Part shown: positions 13,180 through 24,420 of the stretch, piece by piece
How the letters are laid out: every line of letters begins with the position of its first letter
Position numbering within the stretch: position 1 is the stretch's first letter
From: Hydrolagus colliei
Lineage: Eukaryota
Assembly: GCA_035084275.1 (NCBI GenBank)
Contig: CM068746.1
Coordinates: 2,294,001 to 2,358,000, forward strand
Direction: 5' to 3'
DNA: 64,000 bases
The notes under the pieces: model-generated
The model's database searches: none
Seen by the model: only the letters and a program-made list of their open reading frames with translations
What the model was told of the DNA's origin: nothing
Position numbers and translations under genes: made by a program

Positions 13180-13357
13180 TCACTCAATCCGTGACTGATT
13201 GTGGGACATTGCTACACGCAATCGACTGCCGCGTTTCGCTCACAAAATAGTCAATCCACGTTACAGTATATCATGCGAAGCACTTTGAGTCCGGCTTGAC
13301 ATAAAGCCATTAGATCAAATGCAAGAATTAAGGATTCTTCTTCTTCTTCTTCTTCTT
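13180..13357 (+). mobile_element. SINE 3' half
   Basis: TCAATCCGTGACTG...GCGAAGCACTTTGAG...AAATGCAAG. Confidence 0.8.
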
Positions 13358-14964
13358 AACTTTACATGTTTAGCTGCGTTGGCATTCCTGGACGTTGAAC
13401 TGCTGGAATCTGGACGGTAATACGACAAAAATCGCAACAAAATCGTGTTGTCTAGCAGGGGTGTGTAACTAGTCAGTTGGAAAAGTGATGTTAAATTTTG
13501 TCTCAGAGCCATGGGACCACAGTGAATCGTGCCAGTATATTGGGTGAAAGTCGCAGCGTGTGAAGCGATGAATGCTACATTGCCAACAGTTGCAACTGAA
13601 GTCAATCCATGATTGGTGACTGACGCTCACCCCACCTCCATGCACAATGGTTGGTGAAGGGGACCTCACACCATGGGTAGGTAACACATCAAACCTCAAT
13701 TGTCAACCTAATATCTCACAAATATCTCTCACAGCAATATTATTACAGTTGCCGAATTTGTGGAGGAAGTAGCTGATATTATGGTCAGGAAAGACATTAA
13801 CAACAGCAATCTACATTTGCGTAGAAATCCTTCAAGTCCCATAAGGTGTTGGCTGCATTTCACATTGATAGGGTGATACAGCCGATGAGAGTGGGCTGAT
13901 TTAGGTTAGGAAACATATGTATGGTTTTCAATAATATATACAGTGCTCAGAGAAATCTCGTATTCAGAATATTGAGGATGTATTTTTTTAAGAGCAGTGA
14001 ATTGGGATTAAAGTATTTTGGTCCAGCAGAAGAGTTGGCATCAGCATAGTTCTTGATCTGTTGAATACCTTCCTTCCGCGCCGTGCTTTCAAACGATTCT
14101 ACGCTGAATCCGTACTCTACACCAAATTACACGCTGACTCTGTCCTGCAGCCCTTCTCCTTCGTGGAAATTGGACGAAAGAAGTCCAAATTCATATCAAT
14201 TTTATCCTTTACAGCCAGTGGACTTTCATTGCCGTTTAGTCTGCCGTGCATTACGATCAAATTCCCAGAGGTGAAAGGAACAGATTTCTAACTCACTGTT
14301 TCTCCAACTGAAAAATTACTGAACATTCAACACCACGCTTCCGGATCAGTCTTTTCTTAGGTCAAATTAATTCCGCAATGTCCGGGACGCTGATTGGCAA
14401 GGGATCATCTGGAAAGCTTACACTGTTGCTTCGGATCTTTTAAAATTGCCAGAGGCTCAGTATTTCCAAAAAAAAAACAAGCGGTGAAACTGTCCTTTGG
14501 CAGGGTTTTACAATAATATATTTCCGCATCTGAAAACATGACCTTGTTCGGAAAGGTGCAAACTGAAAACAAGCCTTTGGGCTGTGAGATAACCTTTGCA
14601 GACAAACTAAACTTCTCAGAGAAATCAGATGACTCACCCTGACAACAACCCAGTCCAGTAATGTCACTAATTTCAGATTGTAGCAGATTTCAGTTTTAAG
14701 CAGTCTACGTGTCTTACATTCCAAATGGGAAAAATAAATCAGTTCAAAAAACAGTTCTTTTGTTAACAAATTACATTCTGCTTCTCTAGACCTTCAACGT
14801 TGTTCTGAATTGTTTTTTTTTAAATCCAATGCATGTCTGTTATGATAGGACTCTAACAGAGCTGAGATTTTCTGGGCTTCCAATGATATTTTCACCACTG
14901 CTTGTATAATTCAAGTCTGGAATGAATTTTTGATACCTTAATAGCAATAAGAATATGAATCGCA

Positions 14965-15380
14965 ACAACAAGAAAAATACACTTGTATAGCACCTTTCAT
15001 GTCAGGAGGACACATCCCAATGCGCTGAAGAAAAAGAATAATAACATCAACAATAACCCCCTGCATTTGGTATAGTGCCTTAACACATCTCCTAGACATC
15101 ACAAAGAGCTTCACAATATGTACTGTAGAGCCACAGTACTGTACAAGACGATTGTTCGTCGATTGGTGGATCACCTTTCCAAAGGGGGGGTTAATAATCC
15201 TTAAAAATAAACTTGTTCAAATCAATCCACAACTGTTTGCGGGACACTGCGATGTGGAATTGTCCATCTCGTTCTGCCTGCAAATATACGGTCGATTCGC
15301 TTTATTCTGTGAAGCGTTTTGAGACGCCGAGAAGACGTGAAGATGAAATGCGTCCAGTGAACGGATTGGAATTATTATTT
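14965..15380. mobile_element. Cluster of L2/SINE tails (two minus, one plus)
   Basis: Minus tails at about 14965-15030 and 15045-15130; plus SINE 3' half at about 15190-15380. Confidence 0.7.
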
Positions 15381-16289
15381 GGGACTATAAATGCGTGGAG
15401 CTGTGCTCTTTAAATCCAGCTCACAGGTTAAATCTTATTCGTGCATGATGTACGTGTGGAAGTTGATGTCAATGTCCATCCCTGCAGGGATTGAACACAG
15501 TGGACTGTGAAAAATAGATTATGAGTTTGTGCACGGTATACGACAATATTGCGGCCATTCACCAGTAGTTTTAGCTTTTGCTAGAATAATGTGCCCATCA
15601 TATCGAGCTTGTTAAGCAGCACTTTATATTCTAAGTAATGCAAAATGACTTTTATTTATTAATGTATTTGTATAGAGTGGTTGGTGCAGCTTTGGATTTA
15701 ATTTGACAAGTTGGCTTTGTTAGATTTATATAATAATGTTTCTGTCCAAACGTCTGTTAACAATTGACAGGAGGCAGAGACTGCGGAATGAGACTGCAAA
15801 GACTGCAGCGAAATTGCTGGAATTAACCTCCCTTCATTTTTTCATGCTCTATAAAATACTAGGAATGTTTTCGGTGCACTTTTACTGGGGTTAAATTAGA
15901 AGGAGAATAAAAGCTTTTTGGAAGTATCAGGTGCATCTACTAATTTAATTTATCTGCATGACATCAACTCTGTTCAAGAAAGTCAAAGAAGTCTGAATGT
16001 TTTCGGTCCAATTTGGGTCAGTAAGAACCAAACCAGATGTCAATAAGTTTTGATTTTCATTTAACTTCGAAGTAATATTTTCCTTTTGTGCTACAGAAAC
16101 AGCTTTTACCTGCAACCAAAAATATACTGAATTCATAAATGATAGCATCGTTGAATCATGAAAAGCTCACAAAACAAAATCATTTGGCCCATTGTGTCTA
16201 TGTTGGTGCTAACTGTATTACTGGAGCTATCCATTCTAATTCCATTCTACACCTTTTTTTCCGACACTCTTTCAAATTAAACAAAAGGA

Positions 16290-16800
16290 AAAATACTGCA
16301 GTTGCCGGATATCAGAAATAAAAACACAAGTCACCAGGAACATTCAGCAGGTTAGGCAGCACCTATGGAGAGCAGAAAATTAGTTATCATTTCAGATCTG
16401 CCGAAAGGTCACCNNNNNNNNNNNNNNNNNNNNNNNNNNNNNNNNNNNNNNNNNNNNNNNNNNNNNNNNNNNNNNNNNNNNNNNNNNNNNNNNNNNNNNN
16501 NNNNNNNNNNNNNNNNNNNNNNNNNNNNNNNNNNNNNNNNNNNNNNNNNNNNNNNNNNNNNNNNNNNNNNNNNNNNNNNNNNNNNNNNNNNNNNNNNNNN
16601 NNNNNNNNNNNNNNNNNNNNNNNNNNNNNNNNNNNNNNNNNNNNNNNNNNNNNNNNNNNNNNNNNNNNNNNNNNNNNNNNNNNNNNNNNNNNNNNNNNNN
16701 NNNNNNNNNNNNNNNNNNNNNNNNNNNNNNNNNNNNNNNNNCTGGATTCCTTCCTGGATTCCGCCTGATCTGCTGAATGTACCCAGTGATGTCTATTTGA
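16290..16800. mobile_element. Penelope-type inverted terminal-repeat remnant flanking a gap
   Basis: Left arm ACATTCAGCAGGTTAGGCAG and right arm CCGCCTGATCTGCTGAATGT are inverted copies; resembles recalled shark Penelope pLTRs. Confidence 0.6.
16414..16741. other. Assembly gap (328 N)
   Basis: Run of N. Confidence 0.99.
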
Positions 16801-17088
16801 ATGTCACACTCTTCAACGTTCGTTTTCCTCCAAATATTCATTCAATTCTCTTTCAAAGGTTGTTCTAGAAACAGCTTTTGGCAACAATTTTCTACATGGA
16901 ATTACGCATTCTCTCTCTTTCAAAAATATTTTAAATTGCCCTATATTTCTGGATCATGGACTACTGGTACATCACTTGAACAGTTGGATATATTTATCCC
17001 TGACAGAGGTTGTCACTTTCTGTTTAGCATCCACGGAGAGGACACTGTGTCTATTGCTCTCTCTCTCTCTCTCTATCTATCTGCAGCT

Positions 17089-19304
17089 ACAACAACAACA
17101 ACAAATTACATTTCTAGAGCGCCTTTCACGTCGGGAGGACGTCCCAAGGCGCTGCACAGGAGGCGTGTGACCCGAGCTGGGAGGGGAGTGTTTGGGAAGG
17201 GGTGAAACACGAAGGGGAGGTAGAAGAGTTCGGGGTGGAACAAAAGGCACGATCGAAGAGGAAAGTCTTCAAACCTGCCTTGAAAGAGGAAAGGGAAGAA
17301 ACGAGACGGAGGGATTGAGGGATGGCATTCCATAGGGTGGGAGCGGAGAAACTGAAGACCCGGCCTTCGATGGTGGGGCGGTTCGGGCGGGGAGCTTGGA
17401 GCAGGCCAAGTCCTGGTGAACGGAGGGTCCGGGTGGGCGTGTAGGGGGGAAAGTAGATCGGTTAAATAGGGCGGGGCAAGGCCGTGTAAGGCCTTGTAGG
17501 TGAGGACGAGGATCTTGAACTCGATCCTCTGGAGGATGGGGAGCCAGTGGAGACGGGCGAGGGTGGGGGTTATATGGTCGCGGAGGCGGGTGCGGGATAG
17601 TACACGGGCTGCAGAGTTTTGGATGACCTGCAGCCTGTGAATGGAGGAACTGGGGAGGCCGACGAGGAGAGAGTTTCCGTAGTCGAGCCGTGAGGTGATG
17701 TACGCGTGCACGAGTGTTTCGGCAGCGCGGGGGGTAAGATAATTGCGGAGCCTGGCAATGTTGCGCAGGTGGAAATAAGCGGTGCCGGTCAATGTGCGGA
17801 TGTGGGGGAGGAAGGAGAGTTTTTGATCGAACATGATGCCGAGGTTCCTGATTGGCTTTGTGAGGTGGAGAGTACAGCCTTGGATGTTGAGGCTGGCAGC
17901 GCCCGATGTGCGGAGGCGCTGGCTTGAGCCAATCAGGAGGGCCTCGGTCTTACTCACGTTCAATTGCAAAAAGTTGTCCCTCGTCCAGGACTCGATGTCG
18001 GACAGACATGCTGTCAGAACATCGATGGTCTGGGGGTTGAGGGATGAGGCAGAAAGGTACAGCTGGGTGTCGTCCGCATACATGTGGAAATTTACCCCAT
18101 GTTTGTGGATGACGTCGCCCAGAGGGAGCGTGTAAAGGGTGAAAAGGAGGGGGCCGAGGACAGAGCCCTGAGGGACGCCGTGAGAAACTGTGCGGGGGTT
18201 TGAGGAAAAACCATTGGAAGAAACAAAATGTAAACGGTGGGTCAAATAAGAATGGAACCAGTCAAGGACTGTGCCTTGAAGGTTGAGGCGGGAGGAAAGA
18301 CGTTGGAGGAGGATGGTGTGATCGACTGTGTCGAACGCAGCAGACAGGTCAAGGAGGACGAGGAGGCAGAGGGAGCCCTGGTCACAGGCGGTTAGGATGT
18401 CATTTGTAACCTTAACCAGGGCAGTTTCTGGGATTGGGCGGAAACCTGATTGGAGGGGTTCAAAAAGTGAATGAGTTGAAAGGAAAGAGCGGAGCTGGGA
18501 GGCAACCACTCTTTCAAGGACCTTGGATAAAAACGGGAGGTTGGAGATGGGTTGATAACCTGATGGTTGCGACGCATCAAGGGAGGGTTTCTTCAGGATA
18601 GGGGTGATGGTGGCTGTTTTAAGGGAGGTAGGGACGGTTCCTGAGGAGAGGGAAAGGTTAATGGTGTCAGAAATGAGCGGGGCTAACAAATGGAGCTGGG
18701 TGCGGAGGAGGGGGGTGAGGATGGGGTCCAATGAGCACGTGGTGGGTTTCATGGAGATAATTATTTTTGTGACTGAAAGCGGGGTGGTGGGGTTGAAAGT
18801 GTGAAATGGGGGGTGAGTAGGGGTTGAGGTAACTGATGAGGGCGCGGAGGTGGAGGAGAGGTGGGGGGAGGAAACCGCAGAGCGGATTTTCTCAATTTTG
18901 GACTCGAGGAAGTCCAACATCTCCTCACAACGTTCGTTTGAGGAGAGGATCTGCGAGGTGAGGCGGGGGGGGGGGGGCGGAGGAGCTGGTTGGTGGTGGC
19001 GAAGAGGAGGCGGTGGTTGTCCTTCGCTTCCAGGATTATCCTGGAGTAGAGGCTGATTTGGCGGTGGCTAGGGCGGAGCGGTAATATTTGATGCGGTCCA
19101 GCCAGATTTGCCGGTGGACCGTGAGGCCAGATTTGAGCCAGGCGCGTTCAACTGCTCTCACTTGGCTTTTGAGGGAACGGAGGTGAGTTGTGTACCACGG
19201 TGATGATCAGGAGTGGGAGACGGTTCTGGAGGTGAGGGGGGCCAGGGTGTCGAGGGTAGTGGAGAGGGTGTTGTGGAGGGCGGTGGAGGCGGAGGATGGG
19301 TCGG
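17089..19304 (-). mobile_element. 5'-truncated L2 (LINE2 clade) retrotransposon, about 2.2 kb
   Basis: RT ORF; upstream linker PWYTTHLRSLKSQVRAVERAWLKSGLTVHRQIW across frameshifts; 3' stem-loop GCGCCTTGGGACGTCCTCCCGACGTGAAAGGCGC and (TTG)n tail; no endonuclease domain present. Confidence 0.97.
17106..18920 (-). pseudogene. L2 ORF2 reverse transcriptase domain (604-aa open frame, decayed)
   Basis: Motifs PISNLPFLSKVLERVV, QSGFR, LDLSAAFDTVDH, GVPQGSVLGPLLF, YADDTQLY, SRLDYGNSLL, LHWLPI; +1 frameshift at G-run 17444-17449. Confidence 0.95.
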
Positions 19305-19884
19305 TACAGAAAAAATGCCGTTGTGGGAAAAGCTGCACTAAGGTTCAAAAATGATCTTCAAACAAATGTTAAGGCAATGCATGTGACGTTTTGACATCCA
19401 AAGAAGCTGCTACTTAGATGAGGGGGACAAAAAAAAGAAGATGGTAATCCCTTTTTACCTTTCAGCTGACCTTTTTACACTTCCAGTTGAGTAAGCAAAA
19501 AACTGAAAAAACAATAGCATATTTAGAATGCTGTCTAGGTGAATCATATCCCAATAACTCTGAACTATATGCTTTTTACACTGAATTTAAAGAACAGAGA
19601 TGGTGTGGTTCCCCAGACAATAAAGCGAGAGCAATGTCCTGACAAGTAACTAGGCTTTCAACATGATACACTAATGGTTTGCGAGGCACTACATCCTGGC
19701 TTCTGATAGTCTCTATTTATGAGCACTGTTTTAGGGGAAATCTGAAACATTTGTTGGATGATAACACCAATTCATTCATTCAAAGCTCTGCATGCGTGCA
19801 AACTAGAGACAGTCTTATTATTTTGGCAGTGTCAATATAATAACAAGAATTTACATTTATACCGCGGGTAATAATTACACAGAA

Positions 19885-20148
19885 ATAATAATCCTCGCAT
19901 TTCGTACAACAAACAACAAAACAACAAAATTACATTTAGAGAGCACCTGTCACGTCGAGAGGACGTCCCAAGGCACTGAAATGCAAGTTGTTGTTGCTGT
20001 GGTTGATATAGCACCTTATCGTGTGCTTGTGGATTCTTAAAATGCTTCGCAGAATATACTGTAAAGGAAATTGACTGTATTTTGCAGGTAAGACACGGCA
20101 GCCGATTGTGGTGTCCCACAAACTGTTGTGGATTGAATGACCGATTTG
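19885..20148 (-). mobile_element. SINE 3' half with inserted L2 tails (19905-20001)
   Basis: AATCCTCGCATTT resumes as TTGATATAGCACC after an insert containing CACGTCGAGAGGACGTCCCAAGGC. Confidence 0.75.
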
Positions 20149-20209
20149 TCTTCAATTTTTCGTTGTGGTTTTTGCCGATAGTTTTTCGGTGGGACTTAAA
20201 GTCTTATCG

Positions 20210-20345
20210 GCCAGGCTCAGAGCTGGCGTCCGAGTCAAAACGTTGTGGGTTCCAGCCCCACAAAGGACTTGAACTCATATAGTCTAGAGCTGGGGTTATG
20301 TTGCATATATAAGAGGTGTTGTCCTTCAGATGAGATATTAAACCA
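20210..20345 (+). mobile_element. DeuSINE-like 5' fragment
   Basis: GAGTCAAAACGTTGTGGGTTCCAGCCCCAC...GAGGTGTTGTCCTTCAGATGAGATATTAAACC. Confidence 0.75.
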
Positions 20346-20520
20346 ACAACGACAACAACTTTGATTTCGACGGCGTCTCGGAGCGCTTCACAATAGCGGA
20401 TCCCGGGACCAAGCCAGTGGCAGGGGGGAGAAAGGTGACCAAAGGCAAAGTCGTCGAGAAAGGTCTTCAGCTGAGACCTGAAACTGGAATAGAGGGGGTG
20501 AGGCGATGAGAGTGAGGAGT
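20345..20520 (-). mobile_element. L2 3' fragment (second L2 family)
   Basis: Translates SSFRSQLKTFL; tail AAGCGCTCCGAGACGCCGTC plus (TTG)n. Confidence 0.75.
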
Positions 20521-20750
20521 ACAGTGAGTTGACTGTATATAGGTGGGCAAAATGCGGGAGCCAGTTGCATACAGCAGCGTCCCACAAACAGTCGTGGATT
20601 GAAATGATCAATTTAATATTGATTTCTTAGACCATTATTATCGAGTGCGTGGAGCAAGGAAACTTGCCCAAGGTTTCGCCCTGACCTGCCTGGAATCGAA
20701 CCCAGGTCTCTCACTTGCAAGGTGAGTGCTCTAACTACTGCACAATGGAG
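20520..20750 (-). mobile_element. tRNA-SINE lacking its 3' tail
   Basis: B box GTTCGATTCC and consensus body. Confidence 0.88.
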
Positions 20751-22188
20751 ACTCATCCTGGTGACTGGTGTTACTTCACATCAACCTATGGGAACTCCGT
20801 ACCGTCTCACTCTAGTTCCAGAGTGAAGATTCCTAGGGAATTCTGACAATCTGAAGGGAATTTAAATAATCCTCGCATTTGATCGGATTTCATTATGAGA
20901 AAATACTACAAACTAGATCCCAGTGTTCAGGCCTCACTTATTTACTTGTTACAGTACTTGAGGGAAGGAATTATTCATTCTGTCGCTCGTTAATGGATCC
21001 CACAGAAATTGGGTGGGGGTGTGGGGGGAGGGGAAAGAAAAATATAGAATAATTACAATAAATCTTTGTCCCTTGTTGCCAGGAAATTGATAAAGATCAC
21101 TGAAGCAAAACAAAACTAACTTTATTCCAAGAAACAAACAACATGTCAGACCTATTTCTGTTCCACCTCACTGTCCTTTATCGAAAGAATATATTCTGCT
21201 ACCATCGTAGCTTTTCATTCTAAAAATACAATTGTATCATGACAGCAAAATCCTCCAGCTCTGAATACCTATACAAAAGTTACTGTCGTGTCTGTCCTGA
21301 ATTTCAGTATGCTTTCCACCTTCAGCCTATTTTTATTGGGTAGTAATAATAAGAAGAATCCTTTCATTTGATACAGCATCTTATCAAGAACGAAGCTCCT
21401 GAGAATTCATATCCTTCTTTACTTGTACCTCTCCAGATGTGCAGCACAGTATATTCATCTCTGATCTTTTTTTTGAAATATAAAGTATGAACTCAGAAGA
21501 AAGCCACCACAGACGTTTTTCCCTGTAGGAGTTTTACCTTCGCTTTGTCTGTAGGAGTATCAATGCCAACCCACTGTGAGTAAAGGTCAGCGGAACGATC
21601 TGGACCATTGTCAGCCAAAATGGCATCACCGGGGTCGCGGCGTTCTGAAGTTTGTCAATAATCTCTTTCGCGGTTATGAACAATCTTTCATCCTCCAAAA
21701 GGCTATTTGCGATAACGAGCAAGAGTTGAGCGAAATCACTGAGGCAAGTGATGGGCTCAGGCTACGGATGTTCTATCGCTCAGAGTCAAATGGTCGATGT
21801 TTAATTACTCGAAACATGCTTATTTAGAGAATCGCGTTTTATGGAGTCTTGGTTACTGTGGTTAGGAGAAAACAAGGACTTGTGAATATGATAGTAGGGG
21901 AAATCTAACAGAAGCGGTGTTACTGTTAATTTTGTTAATGGTATGGTTTATTTGTAGAAATATTACCTTAAATGTTGGTCTACAGTACATAGGAATAACC
22001 TATCATAACACAATCATTATTGTAATAAAGAACATTGACCAAAACCTCGAGATGTCAAGCATAGTTCAAGGAGATTTTGTATTGAAAGAATGCATCAATT
22101 TTTTTTCCCCTGCTGTTTTAACAGAGTAAATTGTAGCAGATTGACTGTGCGGCTTGATCTTAATGCGCATGTGATGACTTAACCTGTG

Positions 22189-22263
22189 AGTTTTACATCA
22201 TGTCTACCTATAGTTTTACATCATGTCTACCTATAGTTTTACATCATGTCTACCTACCTATAG
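22189..22263. repeat. 23-bp tandem repeat x3
   Basis: AGTTTTACATCATGTCTACCTAT at 22189, 22212 and 22235. Confidence 0.95.
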
Positions 22264-23430
22264 GTGACTGTGATTGGAATGGCAAAGACTGGTTTGATTT
22301 CATATTCTAAATTGTGAGACACAGATAGATTATGAGAAAGTGCAAAAATCATATTGAACGATGTGATAGAAATACAAATTCAAATAGTTGTTTGATATCA
22401 CATCACTCCTTTACCACCCCCCCATACTCCCATCCCCCCACACTAGATATTGCTGTTGTCCTATTTTCTTATATTTTTCCCACTGTCTGAAACCTGAATT
22501 GGTCAATAAAATTATTGCCTACCTAAATCACATCCTCAGGTAGCCAAACACAGAAGCTTGTGGCATGCTATTTACAATCATTTAGTCATCTTTCTCTACC
22601 ACAGTGGTAACCGACCCAGACATATCAAATCTCAGCAGTCACTTCAGTCTAAAAATACAGCCATTGTTTGAACTTGTGCCACTCTGAAAAGTAACAAAAG
22701 CTCAACATATTTCAATGCAGTCTCTGTCGCTCTGTGTGATCGTACGTCACAGCCCTATCGTGCTATGATCTGAGATACCTGGTAAGCTATTTGATATTTT
22801 CTTTGTGCAGTAAAGTCCATGTCAATTGAAAAAAAAGGTTTACCCAGTTGTGTGAATCTGACTAATTCGATGACTGCGTTCAGTGCAATAAAGACAGACA
22901 CCATTGTTGTGCGTTGACCTGTGATTGAAGCAAACGTAAATGATTTGACAAGATGGTGATTTTTAAATTCATTTCTTCCATCCGAGTTGTCGTTTGTTGC
23001 CTTTTTTTTTTACTCGGTTTAAGTATCATATCGCAATGATTTTATCATATCCTCGCCTTAAACATGGTGAAAAGCATGCTTCTCTAAAGAGCGTGACCAC
23101 ACTACAACGTGAAGCCTCGAATTTTTGTTGTTGCAATTTTTCAGTGTTTGTTTAACAACAAATAATCTTAACAATCCCTACCATTTGAATAGAGCGCCTT
23201 TCATGTCAGGAGGACTTCACAAAGCAATTACCTGATGCACTGTCATATGCAACGACAGGTTATTTTGTAGATAAACATGACAGCCAATGTGTTCATATGG
23301 CATTGTCAAACATAACAGACATGATGCGAATGATTAATTTGATCTGGGGAATTGTTGGCCAGAACCCCAGGAAACACTCTCTTCTCTTTTCACATAGTTC
23401 TATGGAATCATAAACATCCACCTGCACAGG

Positions 23431-23497
23431 CATACATACATATGTACGTACGTACGTACGTACATACATACATACATACATACATACATACATACAT
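23431..23497. repeat. (CATA)n/(CGTA)n compound microsatellite
   Basis: Direct read. Confidence 0.95.
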
Positions 23498-23589
23498 GTC
23501 ATTGGTTCCACATTTATCCAAATGACAGCGCCTTCGATGAAGCAGCGATTCTCCCAGCACTGAATTGAACTGTCAGCTTCCAACTATAT

Positions 23590-23937
23590 ATAATAATACT
23601 CTAATAATAATCCTTGAATTTGCCATCGCACTATTCTCATCTTGTAAATGTCTCAAAGCGCTTCACAGAATATACTGTAAAGTGAATTGACTGTGTATTT
23701 GTGGGCGAAACGCCCGCAGCCAATTGCGCACAGCAGCGTCCCCACAAACAGTCGTGGATTGAAATGACCAATTTTATTGGTTTTTTTGGAGGGATTATTA
23801 TCAGGCATGTGTGTGTGCGTATGTGTGTCTGTATGTGTGGGTGGAGTAAGGAACCTTGCCCAGAGTTTCTCCCTGACCTGCCTGGATTCGAACACAGGTC
23901 TCACACTTGTAAGGCGAGTGCGCTAACCACTGAGCTA
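23590..23937 (-). mobile_element. Full-length tRNA-SINE
   Basis: A box TAGCTCAGTGG, B box GTTCGAATCC, internal (CA)n, consensus tail. Confidence 0.95.
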
Positions 23938-24239
23938 TGTGAGTTCAAAGTCCTAACATGGGGTATGAACCCACACAACTTTTTAACTCAGAGGTGAGAG
24001 TGCTACCAACTGAGTCAAGACTGCCGAGAGCATTTTCAAACAATGTGCACCAACATTTATTATCGTTGGTGTTTGACAAACGATAAGATGGACAAAGTCT
24101 CAATTGGCTGAGATACAAACATCTAGAAAAACGTGCTTTAAACAGATCTACTTGGTTCCATCAGACCTGGCAAGGAGTTTCTTGGAAATTCTATTATACT
24201 TTTGAAATTGTTTTCCTATGTTGTGGAAGGAATATGAGT

Positions 24240-24420
24240 TCATAGAATCATAGAATCATAGAATCTTAAGGCACACAAGGAGGCCATTCAGCCCATCGAG
24301 TCTGTACCAGCCCTTTAGAAAGAGCAATTCAATCCCACTCCCCAGCTCTCTCTCCCCATAACCGCGCAAACCCGTCCTCCCCAAACAAATGTCTTACCTC
24401 TCTTTCAAAAGTTACGAGAA
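24240..24420 (-). mobile_element. CR1 LINE 3' end
   Basis: (CATAGAAT)3, i.e. the CR1 ATTCTATG tail repeats, then GGAGGCCATTCAGCCCATCGAG; very similar to the 58228 copy. Confidence 0.92.

Larger units (their letters stand above)
23175..24022 (-). mobile_element. Near full-length DeuSINE-like element interrupted by a young SINE
   Basis: Tail at 23175-23230, Deu domain at about 23340-23585, tRNA head at 23938-24022 (minus strand GACTCAGTTGGTAGCACTCTCACCTCTGAG). Confidence 0.75.

Noticed and set aside
16365-16868. ORFs of 149-167 aa
   Set aside because: They span the N gap.
17106-18920. RT ORF as a domesticated gene, retron or novel RT system
   Set aside because: Ordinary L2 ORF2 remnant: 5' truncated, frameshifted, deletion in a conserved motif, canonical LINE tail.
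22189-22263. 23-bp repeats as a CRISPR-like array
   Set aside because: Head-to-tail with no spacers; eukaryotic context; no cas genes.
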